A stretch of 58,439 nucleotides of DNA from Nemertoderma westbladi (taxonomy: Eukaryota; Animalia; Xenacoelomorpha): positions 1 to 58,439 of the forward strand of contig JAUCBJ010002871.1 of assembly GCA_032718475.1 (NCBI GenBank), given 5' to 3'. The notes beneath the pieces are model-generated. The model did no database searches, was not told the DNA's origin, and saw only the letters and a list, made by a program, of their open reading frames with translations. Position 1 is the stretch's first letter. Each line of letters opens with the position of its first letter. A program made the translations under genes and the position numbers. Shown here one piece after another: positions 12,783-25,000 of the stretch.

Positions 12783-15700
12783 TTACGTTATGGAGTCCCT
12801 AGATATTTGTCGGATCAGGGAAGTGGTCGTAGGAAGAGTATCTTGCCTTCCATAGTTTCCGGACAGTTTTCGGTCTCTTTCCAGTAAACATAAACGACTA
12901 GCTGGGCGATTTAGTTGTTGTGTTACTTTCTCCGCTCCCTTGGCCTGTCTAATCTTCACCGGGGTAAGATGAGGAGGCCATTCTTCTTCTTCTTTACTTA
13001 AGAAGTCGGATCCACCTAACCAGCCTGGATTATCTATCAGTTCTTGAGGAGATGCTCCTCTGGAAGCGATGTCGGCTGGATTAATCGTCCCAAGGCAATG
13101 TCTCCATTGATCTACATTGGAGTTAATATCGTCATTATCTGAGGAGTATGGTGTTCCCTCAGTTGGATCGTCCACATCCCTGCTCTCCACTTCCCATTCC
13201 TTTACTTGGTATACCTGTTGTTGAGGTAATCTCTCTTTGAGAGTTCTACGGGAAGGGCCAGTGAAGTACCAACCTACTCTAGTTCTTACCGCATAGGTTT
13301 GTAGTGGCTGCGGTTGAGCAGGCCGTTTCTCCAATGTCTCGAGCGCCTCATGCGCGTTTTGGCCGATGAGTATTTGCACTCCAGGATAATCTGTCTGGAA
13401 TCGAGGTATCTTAAGCTGTTGGATGCTCTCGTCCTCGTCCCAGTTATAAGGTTCTACTTGGGTAGTAGCGAAGTTCTTTATAGCCACCATTTTTACTGAC
13501 CTTATACTTTGTGCTCCTAATTTATCCTGGGGGGTGGACAACTCACCTACATAGTAATCTGCCGTTATGGTAGATTTCCAAACCTGCATAATTCCGGACA
13601 TATTCAACTTAGTTCGGAATCTGGGTTGTCCAGCAAAGATATCTTCGGCTAGTTCTTGATCGATGAATGTTCCTGTGCTGCCGGAGTCAAGGAGGGCATT
13701 CACTATGTAACTTTTGTTGGGACCGTGAACTTTTACCGGCACTACAGGAAATTCTCTGATTCCTACGTTGGAAGTTGGAGGTTTCCAAGATGGTTGTCTG
13801 TCAAAGGTAGTTGGGGGGAACTCATTGTCGGTGTCCTTTTCATACGTAAGTGCTCGATACACTGCGGTATTTATTAGGTAACAGGATTCGTTGGCGTCGG
13901 AGAATTCGTCAGTATAGAATCCTTCCATCTCAGACTCTTGATCAGTGTCATTTACATCACTGAATTGGACATGTAGTTCGGGCTCACTTACCTGACTCGG
14001 GTTGTCTCGTTCGAACTCATTGTGTAACAAGATGTGATGTTTCGCGCCACACTTTGCACACTTTACGTCGGAGTAACAGGTTCGCCGTTGGTGTCCTGAT
14101 CTGAGGCAATTATAGCATAACCGCTTATTCCACAGGACTGTACGTCTGTCTACAAGGGATTTCTTTAGAAATTCAGCACACGCACTCAAACGGTGGGGCC
14201 CGTCGCACAGCGCACATTTTGGTTTGATGTTACTCACCTTACCTTGGGTAACGTTATGCACTCTCGTTCTTTCTTCGGGCTTTCTTCCGTGAATTCTCTT
14301 AGGAGACGTAGGAGGAGTTGTTGTTACCTGTTCTCTCCTGTCACTGGTTCGAGACTTGTATTTACTTACGTCTTTATAGGTCTTATTGTCATAGTAAGAT
14401 TTTGCTGCGTCTTTCCCGCTGTCCTCTTCTTGAGGAACTTGGCTTTCGCCGTCGTCAGTATAACACACTGGTATTATCCTTCTCCTAGAAACGGGTTTCT
14501 CACTTACCTTATTTTCCGATGTTTTCTCTCTGGACTGCTTTATGAGTTGTAATTTTACTTCACTATCTAAGAAGGACATGAGATCAGCCATGGTAGGGTT
14601 TCGTCGTTGCTGCTCATTCATATACAACACTTTCTTGTCCCAGCGTGTACATACTCCACCCTTTGGTAAAGTAGAGACTATTGCTCCAATAACCATGGAA
14701 CTCTGATATTCATGAGACTTACCTAACCAGTCCAATTGTCTACAGATCTCCTGAATCTCATCAGAAAACTCTATAATCCCGCTACTAAGGAAGTTTCGGG
14801 GGGCTACTAATTTTGCATACAAATACTTAGCTATGTTATCCTTGTTACCGTACCTGATGTTTAATGTATCCCAAACTTGTCTTAATCCTTCCGGATGTCC
14901 AATAAACTTTAACGCCATTAACTTGGGAGGTCCTTCCAAGCACTTGATGAGGAACCTAAGTTTCTCACCGTTAGATAGTACAGAGTTCTGTATGCTGTCT
15001 TTGTAATATTCATTGAAAGGTAACCATTTCATCTCATCTCCATTGAATTTGACGATCTCTCCCACTTTGACCGCTTGGCGGGCTTCTGTTCTAGCCATCT
15101 GACGCGTAAAGCTTTCTTGGGCCATCGTGTTATTTAATATCGAATTATTGGTATATAAATTTCTCGGATCATTATCAGGTCTATAGGGAATATCATTAAC
15201 AACAGGTTTATAATCACCCTTAATAGGGTTTGCTATAGGAGTTTCTACTTCACTAGCAGTATAGATGCGTGTAGGCTCCACACCTTGCGCATGTAATACT
15301 TCAGACCTAACAGGTTGACACAATGTTATAGGGGGTATTAGTATACCCTTTTGTATATTGACTAATTTGTCGCGTTCTAGCGCGATACTTTGCTGCACTT
15401 CTTGCAATTCTACCCTACTTTCCCTTAATGTTCCCTTGAGTTGGTGGACAGTCTCCTGCATCTGTCCGAGCAGGAGATTCATCCCCCGCCGTCCCTCCTC
15501 TACCCACTCGACCGCCGAAGCGGGAGTCGCCAACATTGTAGCGGGCTGACGTGGGACGACGGGAGACAAATCTTTGATTTCTCTCTCAGCTTCCAGGACA
15601 GGGATATTCTCATGGACTGTTCTACCGGGCACAGGCAGTGTAGTACTGTGTAAAGGGAATTTAGAGTTAAGCTCTGGAAGTACAGGGGTCTCTAGCACAG

Positions 15701-16971
15701 TAGTGGCTTTGGGAACGACAGACCCAATTATTTCAGGCTCATCAACTATTGTAGGGAGTCTTTTGACCTTAATAATTTGGTCTGTAGGTTCTATACTACC
15801 TAAGTCTGGGCTAGCTAGTTGTCTTCTAACCGCTGGGGGCAAATCAGGCAATTTGTGACGGTGAGATGTTTTTCTACGCCTGCTTAGACGAGATCTATTT
15901 CCTCCGCCTTCAGGATCGGTGGTTTCGCTTTCCTCTGATGAGGTGTATCCCTGGCGTTTGGGAGTAGATCTTCTCATCATCTGCATGTGACTAGCAGTTA
16001 ACTGTTTATTTATGTTGTCTTGCGTCTCTTGAAGATTTTCCAACTCTAGTTTTGTGGTCTCCTCAGACGCTCTCCGTTCTGCTTCTGCTACTGCTTTGGC
16101 CGCTGCCGCCTTTGCTGCTTCCACTGCCGCTGCCGCTTCTGCTTCTGCCATCGCCACTGCTACTGCTGCCTTTCTTTCGGCTTCTGCCGCTTTTCTTTCG
16201 GCTTCTGCCTCTGCCATTGCCGCCTTTCTTTCCACTTCTGCTTCTGCCATTGCCGCTGCTACTGCTGCTGCCTTTCGGTCCTCTATCCGTTTTTTCTTTA
16301 CTTGTTCTTCTTGGACTCTAGCGATGCGGAGTTTTTCATCAAATTTAGCTTGGTTTGCAGCTAACATTTCCGCATCGATTGCGTCCAACACAAGCTTGGT
16401 TCCTTCACTATTAGGGCGAAGTCCAGACAGTCGTCTCCTCAACTCTTCGTCTCCTAGGAATCGCTGATAGTCTGACAGATAGATGTCAATCATCAATGGC
16501 GTCTCTAGTTCGCGGCTTCTCTGCTGCTGTTAATTCGCTTTCCACTTCGCTTTCCACTTGAGAAGAAGTGGCGTCGGTTGATTCTTCAAAGGTTGGCCAC
16601 TCGTCATAAACCGTATCCGCCATCTTCGCTCCGCGTTCGGGCGTCCGCTCAGCAGTATCCGAACTACTGGAGCTATCGGGCCGCTGAGAACTAGGTTCTT
16701 GGCTAGGATGTTGCTGCTGTTTGACAGCTGCTTCTTGATCCCGCTTGACTTGGGCCTGAGTGCCGATGATAGACCTATGTTGTTCTACTAGCCTAGAGTC
16801 TGACACTACTACTGTAGGGATGGCCTTTTTTACAATAGTGGGTGACTTAGACTTGGATCTAGGATGTTCTATACTTGGATCTGGGTCACTGATCTTTTTA
16901 AGACACTGTCTAACAGTCATTCTAACACTTTCTAAGAGACTATCTGACAGTGATTGGGTTGTGTCAGACAT
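12783..16971 (-). CDS. gag: Gag-protease polyprotein of element A (one frame change at ~16490; two internal in-frame deletions)
   Basis: ORFs 16486-16971 and 12783-16496: Ala/Glu coiled coil, DUF1759-like FNGDEMKWLPF...KLRFLIKCLEG, three Zn knuckles, aspartic protease, RNase H tail remnant NPADIASRG, integrase tail RPASRLCLLE. Confidence 0.88.
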
Positions 16972-18354
16972 GTTTGTTTGTACAGTTAAATGCCTACTGC
17001 TATGATTACAGCTAAAGCAAGTCTAGTAATTCAGTATCACTGTTAGCCTAGTAATTAATTACCGATACTGCTACTCAGTGTAGCGTGATATATATATAAT
17101 ATATTAGAATACCGGTATGCTTATAGTATATATATAAGTATTATTACAGACTAGATTTGTCACAGAGTACTGGTATATAATTTTAGCACAAATATATATA
17201 AATATATAATAGGCCTATCGTGAATACCGGTATACAGCTGACACTTATAGTATATATAAGTATAATTATGAACTAGAATTAATTACAGAATACCGGTATG
17301 ATTTTAGCTCAAATTTATAGAAATAAATATAATAAGCCTATGGTAAATAAAATACCGGTATGTCAATTATTTTAGAATAATTGAATTTCTGAATATTTTA
17401 GGGTTACTTGGTTACTTTAACTTACTTTATTACCGTTATTTAAGCAGTAGTCCAACTGATATTGAGACCTAGTTGTTGTATGGCAGGCCTACTATTTATA
17501 AATCGTTTGAGTTAATTTATAATAGATATATACCCATTTAAAAAGGGTTTTGTCAATATTTGAAATAAATGTTATTATTTCTGGGGGAGTCACTACACAG
17601 AAGCTGTGCGCTCTCAGTGAAGTGCTACCTATGGGACACTAAAACAGATAATTCTAATTTACCTAAGTTACTTAATACTACAAATTACTTACGATACGGG
17701 TGAGATTAATTCTCTAATTAAACACAACAAAAATATTACGTACGAAATTTTAGGGTAATTTTACAGGAAGTCTACAAACCAGTCTAACAAAGGGTTAGAA
17801 TTCTGGTTATTACAACGGACAGGGTACTACGGTATTTGAAATAATAAGTAGTAGTAAATACACTATGTTGTCCAGATAGGAAAATACCACCGCCTGACGA
17901 CCTATAACCGTATCGCTATAGGTACTACGTTATGTATCACGGAGTGTTCCTACCTGGAAGTTAATTACCGCGGACTACCAGATCCAACGTGCCTATTAAC
18001 CACTTTACAACACAAATATACTGCCTACACACTAATTACCTTCGGAAAGCACTGTACACTAAACCCTAAATTAGGTACAAATACTGGTACAACAAATAAT
18101 CAGTAGTTAAATATACTTGAACAGTTAAAAGAACCACGGCATCTGCTGGAGTGACCGGTGCACAAAATCACCAGTCTTTACCTACGCCAAGCAGCCCGTG
18201 TAGTACCGGGGTTAATTTAACTATAACGGTATGTGTAACAAGCACAATTACTGTAGGAATAAACTTGGGGACATGAATGTTGCGAATAATCGCATAAACT
18301 CTGAATAATAAATATTACGCTACCCGTACAGAATACTCAAACAAAATACAAACC

Positions 18355-18880
18355 AAACGCTGGCAGACTACCACCAAGCCTAAATAAACTACAGTATGTG
18401 CAGATTCCAAAATGGTTAGTTAGTATGCGTTCTAACACGGTAGTACGACTTATTCTTTAAGAGGGGATTGACCTTACAGCTATGGCTGCCCCAACTTACT
18501 AACTGGCACTTTATCAGACAAACTCTACACACGCAGCAATCTCTTCAGACCTAATAATAGCCAGACAACAATCCAGCCTACAAAATATCTGAGTAATAAC
18601 TATTACGGTACCTGAACAGACCACACAAACAAACACAGGCCAAAACGCTGGCAGAATACTGTCAAGCCTAAATAAACTACAGTATGTGCAGATTCCAAAA
18701 TGGTTAGTTAGTATGCGTTCTAACACGGTAGTACGACTTATTCTTTAAGAGGGGATTGACCTTACAGCTATGGCTGCCCCAACTTACTAACTGGCACTCT
18801 ATCGGACAAACTCTACACACGCCGTAATCTCTCCAAACCCAACAACAATCCGACAACAGTCCGGCCTACAATTATCTGAA
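18355..18880. repeat. 288-bp tandem duplication in the 5' leader of element A
   Basis: AACGCTGGCAGA...CAGATTCCAAAATGGTTAG at ~18356 and ~18644. Confidence 0.85.
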
Positions 18881-19049
18881 CAATCTGAGCAGACTTACAC
18901 GTCTTCAGCTCAATATTAACTTACTAGGAAATAAAACTGACAGAAATAAGTAAAGTCTCAATAAAGAACCAGGGCTGCAGTCCCTGATTAAATACTAAGA
19001 CCTACCGGTATACAATAATCAAAATCGAATAATACTAATGTACTTATAC

Positions 19050-19200
19050 TGGAAGTACCGGTTAGGACAGTTGGGCCTACGGACCTACAGAAGTACCGGT
19101 TCTGGCAGTTGGACCTACGGACCTACAGCAGTACCGGTTCTGGCAGTTGGGCCTACTGACCTACAGAAGTACCGGTTCAGGTTTACCGGTTGACCGGTAC
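19050..19200. repeat. 38-bp tandem repeat just downstream of the 5' LTR of element A
   Basis: GAAGTACCGGTT(A/C)(G/T)G...CAGTTGGGCCTACGGACCTACA, about 3.5 copies. Confidence 0.85.
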
Positions 19201-19243
19201 TTTCAACTTTATTGCTTACTGCAATAAAGACAATAACTGTTAT

Positions 19244-20526
19244 TGTACGCGCTTTTGAAGACCTTTAGCAGTTTAACCTGCCAAAATTTATATGTCTTTT
19301 GGTTTATAAATATACTTTAGAAGATGACAAATATTTAATACCAATAAACACAACATTAGCAGAAGCCAGCCTAGTGCGCGTCCATTCACCCACTGGATAT
19401 ACCCGGGGGGCTGGATTCTGAGGGCTTAGATTATTATTGCAGTGAAGCCTACTGTATTATTCGATTGATCGTTAATAAATAATTTCTGACTAATATTATT
19501 CACTTTCGGGAAATATTAACAGTTCCTTTAGGACGTGGCGCTCTATCTAGGTAAACAGAGATATGACTTATACTAATCACAACGGTAAGTCGGTAAGGCT
19601 TAGGATTCACGTATGAGGCGCATTCTTTAGGAAATGCTTAGTTATCAGTCACAATCAGGCACACTACCGGTAACACACAATACTGCTCACTAATTTGCCG
19701 ACTGTCAATGAATTTTATCATATATAAAGAGAACAGCAACGGACTCATGTAGGGCTTATCAAATAGCATTAAATTCACTACAAACCACAATAATATAAGT
19801 CGCAATCGCTATATATAACCCGTCTCTCTAACCTGTAGTGTATCAAGAAAATTGGGAAATTTGGGTTCTTTATAGATGTTATCCAAATAATATTCAACCA
19901 ACTGACACAAAATATGACAACAGCAAACAGCAGCACAACAATGTATGTTGAACCGATAATGCAAGACTGAACGGAGTTGCACCGATTGTTATGCACTGAT
20001 TGTTATGTTATGAGTTGATAACAGTTATACGCTCTATAATTTAAGCCTACTAATGTTTCTTCTAAAGTATGAAAACGAATTGACTCTAGAGCCGGTGTTC
20101 CTGGCCTAGATAGCAACAACACAACAGTATCACAAAAACAGTAAGACTGAACACTCCTAGTATGATCGGCCGAATATCTCCACATCGACAGAAAAAATCG
20201 CTCTGATTGGCTTAAGTTAAACAAAGAACCATGTGTCCAATGGCCGTTTCCATGTCAGCAACCAGCTGTTAGATGTCGCAATCTGAATCATCCAGGCTAA
20301 GCTGTGTACGGGTATTTGGTGCATTGCGGGTTTTTTGCCTTACCATGTCCTCCAAAGCATGTATATAGAAGAATGACTTTTATGTCCGTTAAAACACCTA
20401 TAACGGTACCTTGCGGGCGAGGGGAATTTATATATAGTTAGAGAGCCTTTTAGAGTATTCCAGCGCCTGGGGGGAAACTGGATTGCGAAGCAAAAGGGCC
20501 AGTTATATCCCACAGAAGCTTTTACA
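19244..20526 (-). repeat. 5' LTR of element A (1283 bp)
   Basis: Sense termini TGTAAAAGCTT...GCGCGTACA. Both termini match those of the element C LTR (TGTAAAAGCTT...GCGCGAACA). Confidence 0.88.
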
Positions 20527-21329
20527 GCCAGGAGAGGGTTGGTGAAGGCGTTCTTCTCCGATAATGGCACCATCTTTGTCGGAGGAGATAGTGAACTCAA
20601 TGTAGCCCACAGGAACAGGACCGCACAGAACAAGGAAATCTCCTCACACTTTTGCCGCAGAGAATTGAGTGGAGCTTCAACACCCTGGAGAGTCCTTGGA
20701 GATGTGGAAGTTGGGAGAGCCTTGTTCGCTCCATTAAACAGGCCATAGCCAAGACAATGCCTGTGAATAAACAATTGACAGACGATGAGTTGGTAACAGC
20801 TTTCACTGAAATCAAACATACCCTGAATTCGAGGCCGATAGCTATGTTACCAGATGGTGTTACGTTGACACCGAGTCATCTGCTTATGCAGAACCCAGCA
20901 TTCCTTGTACCGGCATCAGAACATGTTAGTAGCGACTTATATAGTCGGAAAAGTTGGAAGGTAATCCAGCTCATAGCATATACCTTCTGGGAATATTGGC
21001 GGGACTATTATCTTCCCACAATATCCACCAGATCCAAGTGGTATAGAACGGTTTGTAGTCTCCGAAGAGGGAACTATGTATTAATAACAGAACCGATAAT
21101 AAAGAGAAAATACTGGGAAACCGGCGTAATCCTGCACGTACACCCGGACGTACCGGATGTAGTGCGTACCGTTACAGTTAAAGTGCGTTGCAAGTGTCCG
21201 AATAAGAACAAGTGTAAAACCAAGGGTTTACACACCTTGGACAGACCGGTGCAAGACATTGTGTTATTAGAGGAAACACGCATTGAGACAGGAGACTATA
21301 ATTCGTCTTCTCCCTCAAAACAAAATTAG
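20527..21329 (+). pseudogene. BEL integrase core and C-terminus (frameshifted)
   Basis: ORFs 20539-20748 and 20652-21329. Confidence 0.88.
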
Positions 21330-22085
21330 TGTCAGAATGCAAATTCACTTCGTATGCATTCCTCGTATGCAAATACTCGGAAATTCATAGGAGCGAGTTT
21401 GTGGTGAATTGCATTTGAGAACTTGTCTGGTGGGTATCAAAACAAAATTTTTTTTTCATAAAGTTTGAAAAATTTAAAATTATAAGTGAACCCAAGACAA
21501 ATCTAAAAGCTAAAATAGACGTGTCTTAGGACCTGCCTATAAGCATACACCAATTTTGAAAGACGTGAAAGTTTGGAAGAAATAGTAGCTAAACACCATG
21601 GTCATGGCTATTATATTTAGGAGTGTAAATTGAGTTCAGTAGATCCCACAGCGACAGAGAGACAACCAAGAGTGCTAAAGGTTAGTAGCACCAGGGGCGT
21701 ACACAGACAAAGTACTCAGTAGTTTGTAGTGGAGAGAGGTGTTTGATAATCAAACCCGTGGGTTTGGTATAGTCGAATGCCCCAGACAATGTCCGCTCTA
21801 ACTACACTATTCTAGTACAAGTATGGGGAGTAGTTTGGGTATCAAAAAGTGAGTTGGTCAAGGCCAGTTTATCTCCGAAGTTTTTGCGCTATGCATGGGA
21901 ATAGATATAGAAGGTAGCTTAGGAATGAGACAGGATCTAGGGAGCCGTACCTGAACTGCTGGATGGCGGGCCAGGTAGCTCGAGACGTCAAACCCATCTT
22001 ATTAACTGACTGATCCATCCACAGATTAACTAACTTATGTAATATAATCTGTTGGACATATATATATATCTTGAATGATTAGTTA

Positions 22086-25000
22086 ATGATGAGTAAACGT
22101 ATCCCTGCGGAACCGAGGAGAGGTTGGATCGCCAAGGAGAAAGCGGAATTACTGTTCGCCCATCATGGATGCAACGATTCAAATGTATATTATCATGGAC
22201 AGTCAGTAATAGACTTAAACACCAATTTCAAGTCAAATTACGACAAGGGATTGAGAAGGGATATGTTGAAGGCGTTAGAAGACCGAATGGAGGTATTGCG
22301 GCGCGAATACAGAACCTGATACCCCTACAACTTTGCCGTCAACGTGTGCGACGTGAGTATGAACCCCAACGAGGAGATCGCCAGACTGTATCATATGAAT
22401 ATGTATTTGTCGCACGACAAACCCCTACCTGCCATTAGAGATCAGTTTGATGGGATGCATCTATATCGAAGAACCCGAGGAGAAGATGAGGAAATGTCGA
22501 AGATCTTCAGTATATACAAGTTGTTCTATAAATTTAGCGAGTGTATGAACAAACAAGATGTATCCATTCCCGATCGTATAAATGAACTAAATCCCGAGCC
22601 GATATGGTGTAAGGCACACCAGTTCCTCAGGAACAACAAAGGAGGTTACCCGATGCGTAATCCAATGATAAGCATCGACTTTAGCGTGAAGAGACCCCCG
22701 AGGCCTATTACACCGACCGTTATGACTCTGGATTTGTACACTGAGGTTGGACCTCGTACAACTCCTGCTTTAAAAGAATTGACTGCGGTAATTTCGCTTT
22801 ACCGAGCGTACATGGATCTGGAGGCACGGTGCAAAGTGGCACGGGACTCGAGTACCAAACCCACAGGTTTGGAACTCTCAAGTCCCTGGTCAACATTCAC
22901 TTTGCGTTACGACAGGAAGAATGAGCGGCAAAGGCAAAACAACTTTTTGTGGAACGCATAGCCGAGTACAATAAGACTGCGGATAGACACCAGGAAGAAA
23001 CGATGAGAGTTACTGGATTCGTTCCACAAGCTATATCTCAACCCAGGCAAGTGTATTATTTCACCAGTAACGAAGCTGCGATGTTGGTAGATCATCCAGA
23101 GTCGCAAGAAGCCATTCGGTTCTTACACAAGATTACACAAGATCTTAGACAAGATTGGAGCACTAGGGAGGGAGAGTAAGTTGTTTGGTTGGCTGGATAA
23201 ATATATAAAGGTGTGGATCGCGGTGGCCATGTTCCCAGATGATGATGAGGTGGACCAAGCATGGTTAAGGAGGAAGGGTTCCTATACCCACTACGATGAC
23301 CATAAGACCATTGAATGCATATGGACCCCATCCGAGGAAATACAATGCCAGTGGAGGAAGACGACGAGTCATTGGAGGACTGGCGATTAATGTTCTACAA
23401 TAATGAGGGAGCGTCTCACCAAGAGTGCCTGACGAGCAAATGTATCCAAATCCGAGCAGCCGATGGTGTAACCCACGTGTTTATGCGCGTGAGAGTGGAC
23501 CGGGATAGACTGGAGCCAATCATAACGACATAATATAGACGCAGGAAGGACCCCCGGGAGCAGATTCTAGGGGTATGTAGGCGAGGCGGTATGCATGTAG
23601 TGGAGTGAATAGATGCAAGAATGTTGCCCAAGAAGGTAAGGGAGGCAATCCTCAACCAAGATTATGTCAAGGTGGGATCAGGTGTCCAAATCGATTTAGA
23701 GAGTGATTTCAATGCTATGGCGGACCTGGAGGATCGATTGCCAAGACCGTTCGTTGATACAAAACTATTACTGCTATGGGCACAGGATGTTGGGATTTAT
23801 AGAGAGTACCCTAATTTTGCCAAGACTGGTATGGGTTTTATAGCGCACTTAGTGTATAATTGGGATTTTAAGTTGAAGATGCAGAAGAAGTATGAGGAGG
23901 CTTTTGGTGAATATAATACACCGCCGGGAGCCGAGTTCAAATCCTATTTCAAGTGGCAGGCTTTGGTCTATTGGAACATTTGCGCTCCACCTCGTGCTTC
24001 ATTGCAGTATTATTTAGTGTTTGAGTCAAACACGGTAACTTGCTTGATAACGGATATAGTCACAAGAGTTTTGAAGCGCCATCTGTTGGTGTTTGGAGGA
24101 GACCAATACGTCAGATCAAAGGGAGAAATTCAGTCCAATATAATGAAGCGTTTCTTAACCCCATTCTTCAACCAATCTTTGGATAACACATCGATGGTCA
24201 GAAGGGGATTAGCGATTTTCGAGGGAGTATACCGACAGAACATTGGAGATTTGGGAGATCGACCTTCCATGGAGTATCCAATGCCAGAAGCGTTAGAGAA
24301 GTGGTTTGGGAACCAAACCTGCGGTTTTGGTACTCCCGGCCACTTAGACGTGGACAGAGCAGTTAGGGAGAAGAAGGGAGAGGGTTGGCCGGAGACATTA
24401 GTAGAGGTGTTCAGAATGAATCTTCTGGTGGAGAAGACATATCCTAAACAGACGAGTGAGGAAATATTAGAGATCGAGAGTAAGGGTGAGGATGCTTACT
24501 TTGTTCCAGAACAGCAACCCTTGACCGGAGAAGATGACATCGTTCTAGACATTGGGAAAGAAGGGAGTGCGAGACTGATTGAAGACCTGAAGACCTAATA
24601 TATGAGAGGGCTTGGTTCCCACAAGCGCGTAGATGTACATTGTGCGGTAGCATAAGACACAGTCAGAAAACGTGTGACGCTGTGGTCAAACCAGCGCACA
24701 AGGTCTGCCGTTGTAGTAATGAAATGGATCATTCCTTCTATATGTGTACTGTATTCATTTTCCAGTGTGGATATTGTGGGGTGAAGGGACATTGCAGCTC
24801 CAAGTGTCAGCTGCGTGACGACTCCTTTCAGCACCATAGCGCCAATCTTCTTCTAGAGATGTTGGATAAGTGGGAGGAAGTAGTGGATTATCACATCCAG
24901 GCCCAAATGCAGTGGTTGTCGTTCAAGGCAGGATATGGATTTGGGCGGTGGATCCATCACATGTAGCATATGAACCCTACCTTCAATCGCTACCACAGTA

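Larger units (their letters stand above)
9211..20526 (-). mobile_element. BEL/Pao LTR retrotransposon A, non-autonomous (RT, most of RNase H and integrase deleted), with accessory 3' ORFs
   Basis: Two direct-repeat LTR copies. Gag carries the BEL triple knuckle (CALCDGPHRLSAC, CYNCLRSGHQRRTC, CAKCGAKHHILLH) and protease LLDSGS. Collinear with element C. Confidence 0.92.

Noticed and set aside
12924-13121. Element A deletions as spliced-out introns
   Set aside because: The corresponding segments in C are not bounded by GT...AG; microhomology fits template switching better.
22086-22961. Homology of the first ORFs of element B to ORF3 of A/C (G..IDL motif)
   Set aside because: Similarity too weak to assert without a profile search.
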